DNA from: Dehalococcoidia bacterium
Lineage (GTDB): Bacteria; Chloroflexota; Dehalococcoidia; Lucifugimonadales; VXLM01
Length of the DNA: 64,000 bases
Assembly (NCBI GenBank): GCA_034421575.1
Contig: DAOUKG010000017.1
Span: forward strand, 19,886-83,885
Direction: 5' to 3'
Part shown: in pieces, positions 26,982 through 36,312 of the stretch
How positions within the stretch are numbered: position 1 is the first letter of the stretch
How the letters are laid out: every line of letters begins with the position of its first letter
The notes under the pieces: generated by a model
What the model was told of the DNA's origin: nothing
Database searches by the model: none
The model's input: only the letters and a program-made list of their open reading frames with translations
Program-made: the position numbers and the translations under genes

Positions 26982-27060
26982 AACTTTACAATAACAAGCC
27001 GAAATGGCACGAAATGGCACCCCATGGCACAAATCTCGAGTTTTTCCATGGTTATCGTAA
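26982..27060 (+). repeat. phased-heptamer element, copy C (3 x ATGGCAC at 10-bp spacing)
   Basis: The heptamers start at 27004, 27014 and 27024. The flanks are aactttacaataacaagcc... and ...aaatctcgagtttttccatggttatcgt. Confidence 0.7.
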
Positions 27061-27077
27061 CGTTGTCGGGCCCCGAG

Positions 27078-28733
27078 TCAGTCCTCCTCGATCTTCGTAC
27101 CCGACCCCTCGGTCAGCGTGACCCTCTGTCTTATGACTTGGTCCTCGAACACCTCGACCAGGCCGGAGGGCCAGCGCACCTCGATATCCACCGACCCTCC
27201 ATGGCTCCCCAACCCGAAGGTGAGCCATGGGCTGTTGGTTGAGAGGCCGGACCCGGCGGAGACCTCCTGTATGAGCACGTCGTTCCCGGCGTGTACTCGC
27301 ACCAGCGCGCCGACTCCGTCCCGGTTGCTCTCTACCCCGACCGTCTTCACGGTGACCCAGGCGTTATCGCCCCCACGGTTGTGCAGCAGCAACGGCTCGC
27401 CTGTAGCTTCTGACGACTTGCTCGACACGACGACCATATCCACGAAGCCGTCGTTGTCGTAGTCCCCGGTGGCTGCGCCTCCCGGGAAGATGACCAGGTA
27501 CTCTGCGGCCTCGAAAAACGATCCGTCCGCCCTGTTCACCCGGAGAGTGCCCAGGGGCGCGGAGTTCTCCAGGACATCGATATAGAAAACATCGGGATAG
27601 CGATCGTTGTCAAAGTCGGCGAAGCTCGCGGCCAGGCTGGCGCCAAATTCGCCGCTGACCAGTCCAACCTCCTGCTCCCCAACTGCTGTGTAGGTCCCGT
27701 CCCCGTTGTTTCTGAATATGGGCTTGTCGGTCCGCCCCGGGGCGAATATATCCAGGTCCCCGTCAAGATCATAGTCTCCGAAGGCGAGCGCCATGCGGGA
27801 GTCATGGTCATAGTCCAGCGGGTGGCCGGAGGGAGAGAAGACCAGCCCTGCCTCAAACCCCACGTCGGTGAACGTCCCGTCCCCGTTGTTGCGAAGCAGC
27901 TCCGTTCGCACCAGGTCGAAGAAGCAGTTGGCGATGAAGATGTCCGTCCATCCGTCCAGGTTGTAGTCACTGAACCGAGCGGAGCATGTCTCCAGATCGC
28001 CCTCGATGCCGGCCTTGTCGGTCACGTCGGCAAACGTGCGGTCGCCGTTGTTGAGATAGAGCCTGTCGCGGGAGTCGAAGGTGATGCCGGTTGCCACCAA
28101 CCCCGAGGCGTAGAGGTCGAGATGCCCGTCGTTGTTGACATCGCCCAGCGCCAGGCTCCACGAGACCACGGGCCTGTCTATGCCGGCCGTCTCGCTGATG
28201 TCGTCGAAAGTACCGTCACAGTTGTTGGCGTAGACCCTGAAGCCGCTTGGCTTGTTTCCCTGGAAGCCGCCGTCGCCCGCCAGTATCAGGTCTGTGCAGC
28301 CGTCGTTGTCGATGTCCCCGGCGACCACCGCCGTGTTGCCCGTCTCGCTCGTGACGCCCGCCTCCTCAGCGACGTTGGTGAAAGTGCCATCCCCGTTGTT
28401 ATGGAACAGGGCGTTCTTCGCTTCTCGCGTATTGGTGATGTACAGGTCGAGGAACCCGTCGCCGTCGTAGTCGAGCCATGCCGCGCCGCCTACTCCGTCG
28501 GAGTTCTTGTAGATGCCCTCGCGGACGAAGTCGAGCAGGTGGGACACGTCGACCAACGGCCGGTCGTCCGGTGGCTCCGGTGTGGGGGTCGGCTCATCGA
28601 CCGTGGGCGCGGGAGTCGGCGCCACCGTCGGCTCCGGTGTTGGAATTGGGGTTGGCTCCGCGGACTGACCGCAGGCCGCCGCGAGCACTGCCGAGACTAA
28701 CGCGATGAGACCGAGGAGGCTTCGGGCATCCAT
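27078..28733 (-). CDS. FG-GAP/VCBS-repeat lipoprotein with a C-terminal ASPIC/UnbV domain (CRTAC1 family)
   Basis: Lipobox-like LAAACGQ. There are multiple DxDGDGxxD calcium-type repeats (DYDGDGFLDLYITN, DIDNDGCTDLIL, DVNNDGHLDLY...). The C-terminal NRDGVGALVRV...GSGLSTNS is the UnbV/ASPIC motif. aaggag lies 7 nt upstream of ATG 28733. Confidence 0.85.
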   Translation of the reverse strand: MDARSLLGLIALVSAVLAAACGQSAEPTPIPTPEPTVAPTPAPTVDEPTPTPEPPDDRPLVDVSHLLDFVREGIYKNSDGVGGAAWLDYDGDGFLDLYITNTREAKNALFHNNGDGTFTNVAEEAGVTSETGNTAVVAGDIDNDGCTDLILAGDGGFQGNKPSGFRVYANNCDGTFDDISETAGIDRPVVSWSLALGDVNNDGHLDLYASGLVATGITFDSRDRLYLNNGDRTFADVTDKAGIEGDLETCSARFSDYNLDGWTDIFIANCFFDLVRTELLRNNGDGTFTDVGFEAGLVFSPSGHPLDYDHDSRMALAFGDYDLDGDLDIFAPGRTDKPIFRNNGDGTYTAVGEQEVGLVSGEFGASLAASFADFDNDRYPDVFYIDVLENSAPLGTLRVNRADGSFFEAAEYLVIFPGGAATGDYDNDGFVDMVVVSSKSSEATGEPLLLHNRGGDNAWVTVKTVGVESNRDGVGALVRVHAGNDVLIQEVSAGSGLSTNSPWLTFGLGSHGGSVDIEVRWPSGLVEVFEDQVIRQRVTLTEGSGTKIEED

Positions 28734-28852
28734 GCGTTGGCTCCTTGTGCGAATATCCGGTATCCTCGCCGAAGGGACGCCGCCTATCATCCCAGAATCA
28801 TGTGATTTTTCCCATTTGCAGTGACCAATATGAAGGAGAAGAAGCCGCCGCT

Positions 28853-29356
28853 GTGAACGAGCCGGAGATCGTCCAAAAGGACGCGTTCACCCTTGTCGGG
28901 ATGGAGGCGCGCTTCATCGGGGCCCTGTCGCCGGACGCCAATAACTTCAATGTGATACCGCCTCTCTGGGACCGGTTCATCAATCGGCTCGGGGAGGTCG
29001 AAGGCCGGTCGGACGAGGCGACGTATGGCCTCGTCATCACTCGACCGGAGCGGGAGCGCTCCCACCCGGATGAGCTGCTGTACGTCGCGGGCGTTGCCGT
29101 GCACGGGGTCGCCTCGCTTCCTGAAGGCATGGTCCGTCACAAGGTCCCAGCCTCAACGTTCGCGGTCTTCACGCATCGCGGTCCCATAAGCAAACTCACG
29201 GAGACGGTGCGGATGGCGGTAGACGTCTGGCTGCCTAGCTCCGGCTGCCGGTGGAACGGGATCGAGGTTGAGCGCTACGACCATCGCTTCTCCTTTGAGT
29301 CGCCCCAAGAATCGGAGATGGAGACCTGGATGGGCATCGTCCCGTCAGACCGTTGA
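28853..29356 (+). CDS. GyrI-like / AraC-effector-binding-domain small-molecule-binding protein
   Basis: It starts at GTG 28853 after gaaggag. The pattern is ...KDAFTLVGMEARF........IPPLWDRF......YGLV... ...VFTHRGP...L..T.......WLP..G, ending IEVERYD. Confidence 0.65.
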   Translation: MNEPEIVQKDAFTLVGMEARFIGALSPDANNFNVIPPLWDRFINRLGEVEGRSDEATYGLVITRPERERSHPDELLYVAGVAVHGVASLPEGMVRHKVPASTFAVFTHRGPISKLTETVRMAVDVWLPSSGCRWNGIEVERYDHRFSFESPQESEMETWMGIVPSDR

Positions 29357-29369
29357 ATGGGCGAGTTCT

Positions 29370-31364
29370 CTATCCCTCCGTAGAGTGTTGTTGAGGCCCC
29401 TGCGACAGGAGGGTATTGGCGACCTCGGAGAGTGCCAGTGGATTCCCCTTGGTCTGGGTGTAGAGTCCCTTGACGAAGGTGGGTGACAGGGAGACGCCAT
29501 AGTTGCCCTCGATCATCTCCATGATCTCATCCTCCGTGAGGTCGGAGAGCAGCACTCGCTGCAGAATCCTGCGACGCTTGAAATAGGCGAGGACCTCCGC
29601 CAAAGGATGGCTGTCCGGCATGGCGGATGTTGGCTCCATTGTCCCGATGAGGAACACCCGCATCGTATACAGCTCGGGAACGATGAAGCGCACCATTGCC
29701 AGGGTCGAATCATCGGCGCGATGGAGATCGTCGAGGACGATTACGAGAGGATTTTCCTCGGACGCCGCCTTGAGGAAGCTCGTAAACGCTTCATACAGGC
29801 GGAAGCTCGGCTGCTGAGGATCGTCCATATCGGGCGGAGGCTCAAGACCGGCGAGCTTCTGGCGAACGTCTGCCACTATCACGGCGATCTCAGCCGCGCT
29901 TTCGCCCATCTCGCGTTCGAGCTGCTCCCCATCGGTTCTCTGCACGTGGGATCGGATGGCCTGCACCCAGGGCCAGTAGGCGGTGGACGCGCCCGCCTCA
30001 TCCGCTCTGCCCCAAAGTACCTCCGCGCCCCGTTCCTCCGCGAAGACGGCCAGCTCATGGGCGATTCTGCTCTTCCCTATGCCCGGCTCGCCCTCGATCA
30101 TGAGAAAACGCCCGCGCCCGGACATGGTCTCCTCGAGGCCGGAGTGTAGTACGGCGATTTGCTCGTCCCGTCCGACGAAGACTCCGCCAACCATGTCTTC
30201 CAGCGAATCTATGCTGAGACTGGAGGTGTGCATCCCGCTTGACGAAGAGCCGTTTCCCCGGGACTGTTTCCCGCTCACCTGGATATTGTCGAGGGCCTTG
30301 ATGACTTCTGCCGCCGACTTTGGCCTTCTCTTCGGGTCCTTGGCAAGCAGGCGCAGAATGAGTGCTTCGAGCGGTCTCGGGCAGTACGGGTTGTGCCAGA
30401 CCGGGGACACCGGCTCCGTTTCCAGGTGCTGACGCACCACCGAGGGCGTGTCATATCCCATGAAGGGGGGTCTTCCACAGACCATCTCGTAGAGGACCAC
30501 ACCGAGGGCGTACAGGTCGGCGCGTGGAGTCACTTCGCTGCCGGTGATCTGCTCGGGCGACATGTAGGTCACCGTGCCGACGATGTTGCCGGACTGGGTT
30601 ACCCCGGCCCGGTTGCGCGTCTTGGCAAGTCCGAAGTCTCCGATCTTGGCCGTGCCGTCCTTGGTGAGCCAGATGTTGCCGGGCTTGACGTCACGATGCA
30701 CGATGCCGTTTGAGTGGGCGAAATCAAGGCCGCGGCATACCTGTCTCGTCAGCCGAATTACGTCGTGAAGCGGCGGCCGTCCATTTGGCGCTTCCTCTAT
30801 GAGACTCGCCACGTCACCCCGGCCCATCAATTCCGAGACCAGGTACGGGTGAGGCTCCTTTGCGTCTTTAGGCACGAACTCACCGAAATCGAACACCGTA
30901 ACGATGTGAGGGTGCGAACCGAGCCTTCCCATGGCCTGCGCTTCAAGGGTGATCCGCTGTCGCGAAACGGCGTCCAAGGTCTCGACCTTGACAACGGCAA
31001 TCGCAACGTCGCGGTCGAGGAGGGAGTCCCTGGCCTCGTATACGTGCTTCTTCGCTCCCTCGCCAATCATCCTGCCCAGCGAGTAGCGCCCGTTGATCAC
31101 GGTAGCCGACGCACCCGATAGGTCCATGGACACCGACGAGTGAGCAGCCTGTCCGGTCGCGAACTCACTGGAAGAGTCTTCGCCAAGGGCCCTTTGCGCC
31201 GCGGCTAGGAACGCCTGCGCGTCCACGTTGTTCGGTTCGAGTGCCAGCACGTCATTGCACTTTTCGCGGACGGCCTCCCACTGCCGCGAGATGACCGCCT
31301 CCTCCAACTCTTCGAGAAGCCTCACGACCTGACGCTGTACCCGCACACTGCTGACGAGAGTCAT
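29370..31364 (-). CDS. Ser/Thr protein kinase fused to an AAA_16-type P-loop ATPase module
   Basis: Kinase motifs are IGEGAKKHVYEA, VAIAVVK, HRDVKPGNIW, DFGLAK and YMSPEQ. A downstream FVGRDEQI...MIEGEPGIGKSRIAHEL P-loop and an LVIVLDDLH Walker B follow. Confidence 0.85.
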   Translation of the reverse strand: MTLVSSVRVQRQVVRLLEELEEAVISRQWEAVREKCNDVLALEPNNVDAQAFLAAAQRALGEDSSSEFATGQAAHSSVSMDLSGASATVINGRYSLGRMIGEGAKKHVYEARDSLLDRDVAIAVVKVETLDAVSRQRITLEAQAMGRLGSHPHIVTVFDFGEFVPKDAKEPHPYLVSELMGRGDVASLIEEAPNGRPPLHDVIRLTRQVCRGLDFAHSNGIVHRDVKPGNIWLTKDGTAKIGDFGLAKTRNRAGVTQSGNIVGTVTYMSPEQITGSEVTPRADLYALGVVLYEMVCGRPPFMGYDTPSVVRQHLETEPVSPVWHNPYCPRPLEALILRLLAKDPKRRPKSAAEVIKALDNIQVSGKQSRGNGSSSSGMHTSSLSIDSLEDMVGGVFVGRDEQIAVLHSGLEETMSGRGRFLMIEGEPGIGKSRIAHELAVFAEERGAEVLWGRADEAGASTAYWPWVQAIRSHVQRTDGEQLEREMGESAAEIAVIVADVRQKLAGLEPPPDMDDPQQPSFRLYEAFTSFLKAASEENPLVIVLDDLHRADDSTLAMVRFIVPELYTMRVFLIGTMEPTSAMPDSHPLAEVLAYFKRRRILQRVLLSDLTEDEIMEMIEGNYGVSLSPTFVKGLYTQTKGNPLALSEVANTLLSQGPQQHSTEG

Positions 31365-31654
31365 TGTAGCCTTTCAAAATCGGAGTGTTTTTAGATTATG
31401 ACCAAAGGAGTTTTCGACTTCTAGCGTATTTTCCCTCTTGTATTTGCAGACTTTGCGGACTCTTGCGGGAAATCGCTATCCTAATGCCCTTAGGGTGTCT
31501 AAAAGGGATTCCGTTCACCCCCGTATCAAGTACGGGGCAAGCTCTGAGCCTGTCGAAGGGTGTCAGCGTCGTTTATGGTTCGACAAGCTCACCACGAACG
31601 GTTTTGACGGGCTTTTAGGCACGCTCTTACTCCAAATCGCGAGAGGAACCAACG

Positions 31655-32128
31655 ATGGGCGACGACATAACAACAAGAAAGGCCATCCCCTCCGACTTCG
31701 ACACGCTGTTTGAGTTATTCATCGACAGCGGCGGCGGAAGGATGGGGAGCAAGCGTGACCTTCTGCGGAACGGACTCCGCAAGCTGCTGTCCTCGCCCGA
31801 GCTGGGCTTCATCATCGTCGCGGAGGCGGACGGGGCAATTGTCGGAAAGCTGCGTGTGCAGTTCGAGTGGAGCCCGTATCGCGACGGAACGTTCTGGTGG
31901 GTGGAGAACGTCTACGTGGCGCCCGAATGGAGGAGGAAGGGCGTCTACACCGCCATGCACAAGCACGTCCATGACGCGGCGGAGGCCGATCCCACAATCT
32001 GCGGCATCAGGCTATACGCAGAGGAGTACAACCACGGAGCGCGCAGGACCTACGAGAGCGTCGGGATGAACGGATTCATGGCGGAAATGTTCGAGACGGA
32101 CTTCGTGTACGGCCCGCGTCCGGCGTGA
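31655..32128 (+). CDS. GNAT-family N-acetyltransferase
   Basis: 157 aa. The acetyl-CoA pocket context is VENVYVAPEWRRKGVYTAM. Confidence 0.8.
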   Translation: MGDDITTRKAIPSDFDTLFELFIDSGGGRMGSKRDLLRNGLRKLLSSPELGFIIVAEADGAIVGKLRVQFEWSPYRDGTFWWVENVYVAPEWRRKGVYTAMHKHVHDAAEADPTICGIRLYAEEYNHGARRTYESVGMNGFMAEMFETDFVYGPRPA

Positions 32129-32150
32129 CCGAAGGGCCGTCGATGCCGCG

Positions 32151-32465
32151 CTAAGGAGTCTCGGCCAACTCATAAGGCCGGATTTTCTTTATCTGATCCG
32201 CTTCAGCACGCTGGGTACGATAAAGATCCCAGCGGAGTTGCAGGTTCATCCAAAAGTCCGGGGAGGTGCCAAAGAACCTCGAAAGGCGTATGGCCGTGCT
32301 CGGCGTGACCCCGCGACGTCCATGGACGACCTCGTTGACACGCTGGTAGGGTACCTGGATCGCGTTGGCCAAAGCCTGCTGAGTCATCCCCATGGGCAAG
32401 AGGAACTCATGCAGCAACATCTCCCCGGGATGTGTCGGTTCCCGGTCAGTTGGAATGCGAACCAT
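32151..32465 (-). CDS. higA: HigA-family HTH (XRE) antitoxin
   Basis: HPGEMLLHEFLLPMGMTQQALANAIQVPYQRVNEVVHGRRGVTPSTAIRLSRFFGTSPDFWMNLQ is the canonical HigA/VapI sequence. Confidence 0.9.
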   Translation of the reverse strand: MVRIPTDREPTHPGEMLLHEFLLPMGMTQQALANAIQVPYQRVNEVVHGRRGVTPSTAIRLSRFFGTSPDFWMNLQLRWDLYRTQRAEADQIKKIRPYELAETP

Positions 32466-32479
32466 GTGCAGCCTCCTCC

Positions 32480-32773
32480 TTAGTGGTAGTCAACTATTTC
32501 GACTCCTACGGGTCCCGGGTTCGTCCAAACGAAACAGATGCGGTACTGATCGTTGATGCGAATGCTGTATTCCCCGCTTCGGTCGCCAACCAGTCGCTCA
32601 AGCCGGTTGCCGGAAGGTACGCGAAGATCGCTCAGGACGCTGGCGGAATCGAGGAGGTCAAGCTTTCGCCGAGCTACTCTCCATATCGACTGAGGACACG
32701 TTCGCCGCGCCGTTCGAGTGGCGCGACCGTTGAAGATATCCTCCGTACCACCGTCCTCAAAAGAAACGATCAC
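32480..32773 (-). CDS. higB: HigB-family (RelE/ParE superfamily) toxin
   Basis: 97 aa with ...LDLLDSASVLSDLRVPSGNRLERLVGDRSGEYSIRINDQYRICF.W. It lies upstream of higA, which is the typical reversed TA order. Confidence 0.85.
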   Translation of the reverse strand: MIVSFEDGGTEDIFNGRATRTARRTCPQSIWRVARRKLDLLDSASVLSDLRVPSGNRLERLVGDRSGEYSIRINDQYRICFVWTNPGPVGVEIVDYH

Positions 32774-32929
32774 TATAACATAGTAGCACGGTATTCATGC
32801 TATGCCAAGCTACTAGCGAAAGCGACAGCCCGTTTCAAGTGAGAAGGTATCAAGACTGGGGCAGAACCGTGCTAACTCCCCTGCCTCTGCGCTCCTGGTT
32901 TGGTGTGAGTCGAGAGCGTGAAAGGCCGA

Positions 32930-33748
32930 CTACTTACGGACGGCTACGATGCCCAGCCAGTTCCGGGGTATCCACTCGACCTTCATCTCTTCGAACGCCT
33001 GGTTGACGCCCGCCTGCAGCGCGGCGCTGGCCTTTTCGAAAGGGACGCCCGGCAGGGAGCCCTCTATGAAGTCGGAGAAGGTGCTGATGTCGAGGAAGCC
33101 TGCGCGGGTGAACTCGACAGTCTCGATCTTCTGCTCGATGACCTCAAAGCCCTGTCGTTCCAGAAGTTCCCTGTACTCGTCGGCGGTGAGCTGTTTGCGT
33201 GCCTGGACTCTCTCCGCCTTCACAGGAGACATGCCGTACTCGCGCCTGAGGATACGGTTGGCCTTCAGCATCCACTTGCGATAGAAGATGAGGGACTCAT
33301 CAGGGAGCGAGCCTTCGTAGAAGGTCGTGTTAAACGCCAGCTTTCCACCCGGCTTCAACGTCTTTGCAATCTCCGCGACCATCGCATCCTTGTCCGGAAT
33401 GTAGTGGATCGCATTGCAGAGAATTACCGTGTCGGCCTTTTCCTTCACCGCGTCGGAGATGTTCTCCATCTGGCTCTGGACGAATTGAACGGCCGTATCG
33501 CCCCTGCCCTTCAGTTCCTCCATTGCCTGCTTGAGGGCCGAAGACGAATGGTCGATGCCGATGATGACGGAGTTCTTCGCGCCCTCCAGGCGGTCGGCGA
33601 TGATCTTGGTGACCCCGCCCGTTCCGCACGCCAGGTCGATGATTCGCTGTCCTGAACCCACGCCCGCAAGGTCGACGAGCAACGCGTTCTGCTGCCCGTA
33701 GAATTCATGCTCGGAAAATCGTTTGAAGCTGTAGTCAGTGGAGGCCAT
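32930..33748 (-). CDS. class I SAM-dependent methyltransferase
   Basis: SAM motif IIDLACGTGGVTK. Motif II-like ADTVILCNAIHYI. I chose the start at MASTDY. The ORF is open to 33769. Confidence 0.8.
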   Translation of the reverse strand: MASTDYSFKRFSEHEFYGQQNALLVDLAGVGSGQRIIDLACGTGGVTKIIADRLEGAKNSVIIGIDHSSSALKQAMEELKGRGDTAVQFVQSQMENISDAVKEKADTVILCNAIHYIPDKDAMVAEIAKTLKPGGKLAFNTTFYEGSLPDESLIFYRKWMLKANRILRREYGMSPVKAERVQARKQLTADEYRELLERQGFEVIEQKIETVEFTRAGFLDISTFSDFIEGSLPGVPFEKASAALQAGVNQAFEEMKVEWIPRNWLGIVAVRK

Positions 33749-33850
33749 GTAGCTCCCCTCTCGGCGCACCTATGACGGCGCCAATACCGGATACCCCTGC
33801 TTGAAACCAAGAATCATCGTAGCAAACCGTAGGTTGGATGTCCAACTATG

Positions 33851-34462
33851 CTATGCCGTTTTCACGGCGCCGCTGAGTGAGTATTCGCCGACCTGCAACT
33901 CCTGCCGGATGACCTTCGCCACGGCCCTGCCCAATAGGGCGTACCCCTCGGGCGTGTAGTGCAGGCCGTTCCGCGCCATGTACCGCTCCATGCCGCTCTC
34001 ACGAGTGAGCCGGTGCAGGTCCACGACCGCCACGCCGTACCTGCCCGCCAGCTCTGCCGCGCATGCGTTGTACCCCACCACGTCGGCATCCAGCCTCCCA
34101 AAGGTGTTGAGCTTGTCCCGCCGCTCGTGAAATATCGGAGTCGTATGCGCCCAGGTGATTGCGGTCTCCGTGCTCTCCCGTATGCGTCGGAATATCTCTT
34201 CGAGATTCTGTCTGAACTCCGGCAGCGGCACGGTCTGAGGGTCTCCGGGCCGGAACCGGCGAATCTCGTGGAGTCCGCAGTTGAAGTGGAAGACGTCCGG
34301 CCTGGGACCGATGACCCACTCGTCGAGCTGCGCCAGTACGTCGCGTGTCGTCTTGATGGTCTCTTCCGGCCCCCACACCTCAGCGACGTCCGCGAGCTCT
34401 TCACGCACCGTCGGCTGGTAGTCCCGTCTGATGCAGTCGCCTATCAGCGTGACCGTCTTCAT
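33851..34462 (-). CDS. SGNH/GDSL-like hydrolase (variant block I)
   Basis: I chose the start at MKTVTLIGDCIR. Block I reads GDC rather than GDS. It has the later FNCGLHE and a GLHYTPEGY C-terminal block. Confidence 0.6.
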   Translation of the reverse strand: MKTVTLIGDCIRRDYQPTVREELADVAEVWGPEETIKTTRDVLAQLDEWVIGPRPDVFHFNCGLHEIRRFRPGDPQTVPLPEFRQNLEEIFRRIRESTETAITWAHTTPIFHERRDKLNTFGRLDADVVGYNACAAELAGRYGVAVVDLHRLTRESGMERYMARNGLHYTPEGYALLGRAVAKVIRQELQVGEYSLSGAVKTA

Positions 34463-34549
34463 GGAACTCGCCTTGCGAGCCTTATCGAGCCCCGACGAGA
34501 ATCTAGGTGTAGATATTCTTGAATTTCTCATTGATATCCCCGATCAAGT

Positions 34550-34635
34550 CGTCATTCCCGCGAAAGCGGGAATCTATTCCTCATAGAGAGTATATGTGTA
34601 CCAAACTCTGGATTCCCGCTTTCGCGGGAATGACG
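34550..34635. repeat. 86-nt palindromic element built from two inverted copies of the GTCATTCCCGCGAAAGCGGGAATC hairpin module
   Basis: The left arm cgtcattcccgcgaaagcgggaatc (34550-34574) is the exact reverse complement of gattcccgctttcgcgggaatgacg (34611-34635). Confidence 0.85.
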
Positions 34636-34652
34636 AAAAATGTCAATATAAC

Positions 34653-35447
34653 CTAACCGGACGAGACCAGGTGCATGAACTCCGCACTTCTCGGCTCGCG
34701 CTCCAGAATATAGGTGATATAGGCGCTCAGGACCCGGCGCAGGTCTTCGATCATGCGCTCCGAGAGCGGCAGTTCAAGGGCTTGAGGAATGTCTGCGACC
34801 TGGAAGAACCGCAGCACCTTGATGGTGTTCAGCGAGACATGAATCAGCGCGCCGTCCGTCCGGCTTCGGCACTCCGGCCCGACCAGCCCGCCTCCGTCGC
34901 AGGAGAAGACGTGGTCGCCCGCCGCGAGCTCGGCCCCGCAGCCGACGCACTGACGCACCTCCGGGCCGAAACCTGCCACGGCCAGCATTCTTGTCTCGAA
35001 GTACCGAGCAAGCTGTTCGGGACGCTCGGTGGACTCCAACACGTTCATTGCGGCGACGAGTAGACGAAACTCGGCCGGATTGACTGCACCATCGGCGGAG
35101 AACCCGTCGACAAGCTCCGCCATATACATCCCGGTCGAGACGAGGCCGAGGTCCTCCCTCACCGTCCGAAAGCTCGCCACGGTCTCAGCTTCGACCACCT
35201 GGTCGAGGCTGCGCCCCTCCGCTATGGAGACGCGGACATGGGTGAGGGGCTGCAGGAACCCGCCCTTGCGGCTCTTCGCGCGGCGCGCGCCCTTGACGAC
35301 CGCCCGCACCTTTCCCCTATCCGGCGTGTAGAGGGTAACGATCCGGTCCGCCTCGCCGAGGCGCATGTGCTTGAGCACGAGGCCCTCGGTGTTGTATGTC
35401 TTCGGTCTCGGCAAGGATTTTGTCCTCGTCCAGATGGACAGCCTCAA
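34653..35447 (-). CDS. recO: DNA repair protein RecO
   Basis: The N-terminal OB region is EGLVLKHMRLGEADRIVTLYTPDRGKVRAVVKGARR. The zinc-binding CVGCG...C.GGGLVGPEC motif is present. It is operonic with recR. Confidence 0.85.
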   Translation of the reverse strand: MRLSIWTRTKSLPRPKTYNTEGLVLKHMRLGEADRIVTLYTPDRGKVRAVVKGARRAKSRKGGFLQPLTHVRVSIAEGRSLDQVVEAETVASFRTVREDLGLVSTGMYMAELVDGFSADGAVNPAEFRLLVAAMNVLESTERPEQLARYFETRMLAVAGFGPEVRQCVGCGAELAAGDHVFSCDGGGLVGPECRSRTDGALIHVSLNTIKVLRFFQVADIPQALELPLSERMIEDLRRVLSAYITYILEREPRSAEFMHLVSSG

Positions 35448-35477
35448 AGGCGTAGACGCTTCGCAGCGTCCGCATCG

Positions 35478-36092
35478 CTAGAATTCCTGGCGGCCTTCCA
35501 ATGCTCGTCCAAGGGTCACTTCATCGGCATACTCCAGGTCACCGCCGACCGGCAGGCCGCGAGCGGGTCGCGTCACCCTGATGCCGAGGGGAGAGATCAG
35601 ACCGTGCAGGTACATCGAGGTGGCCTCTCCCTCCAAATTGGGGTTCGTCGCGAGAACGACCTCCGTCACCTCGGACCCTTTGAGCCGCTCCAGCAGCGGG
35701 GCGATCTTGAGGTCTTCCGGGCGGATGCCGTTCATGGGCGAAATCGCCCCGTGCAGAACGTGGTACAGGCCGTTGAATGCCCCCGTGCGTTCGAGAGCGG
35801 GAACGTCCATCGGCTCCTCCACCACGCAGATCCTGGTGCGATCGCGGCTTGAGTCCTCGCAGAGACGGCACGGGTCGTTTTCCGTGATGTTGGAGCAGGC
35901 GGAACAGAGGATAATCCTCTGTTTGACGGCGAGAATGGCGTCGGCGAGGGCGCGGGAATGCTCGTCTCCCATGCGTATGAGGTGGTACGCCAGCCGCTGG
36001 GCCGACTTTGGGCCGATCCCCGGCAGCTTGTGAAGCTCTTCGACGAGCTTCCCGACGGGGTCCGCGGACGAGTATGCCCCAGGTTCGTTCAT
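35478..36092 (-). CDS. recR: recombination protein RecR
   Basis: LPGIGPKSAQRLAYHL, the zinc finger CSACSNITENDPCRLC, and the Toprim segment ICVVEEPMDV are present. Confidence 0.95.
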   Translation of the reverse strand: MNEPGAYSSADPVGKLVEELHKLPGIGPKSAQRLAYHLIRMGDEHSRALADAILAVKQRIILCSACSNITENDPCRLCEDSSRDRTRICVVEEPMDVPALERTGAFNGLYHVLHGAISPMNGIRPEDLKIAPLLERLKGSEVTEVVLATNPNLEGEATSMYLHGLISPLGIRVTRPARGLPVGGDLEYADEVTLGRALEGRQEF

Positions 36093-36312
36093 CTATCTGG
36101 AAGTCCTTGAATCCAAATCCGTTCGTCATTCCCGCGAAAAGCCTGCCCCGTACCCCGATACGGGGGAGACCTTTGCATAACCACCGTCATTCCCGCGAAA
36201 ACGGGAACCTATCCTCTTCAGTGAGCACATACGGCACCTAATCTGGATTCCGGCTCTCGCGGGAATGACGGGATACGCCGACGATAGTTGAATGCGAAGA
36301 ACTGCGGCTTCC

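Noticed and set aside
26893-27060. Diversity-generating-retroelement template/variable repeat pair (copies B and C of the phased-heptamer element)
   Set aside because: Differences between copies are not restricted to adenines. There is no reverse transcriptase nearby, and the repeats are not inside a target gene.
26916-27242. Short peptides encoded by the phased-heptamer elements (MSHHATNFEFFRGYR / MAPHGTNLEFFHGYR / MQHHATNFQKIFGW), considered as a possible small-peptide or RiPP-precursor family
   Set aside because: Differences between copies are mostly non-synonymous, and no ribosome-binding sites are visible. The similarity is explained by nucleotide-level repeat homology. It is kept only as a non-coding repeat finding.
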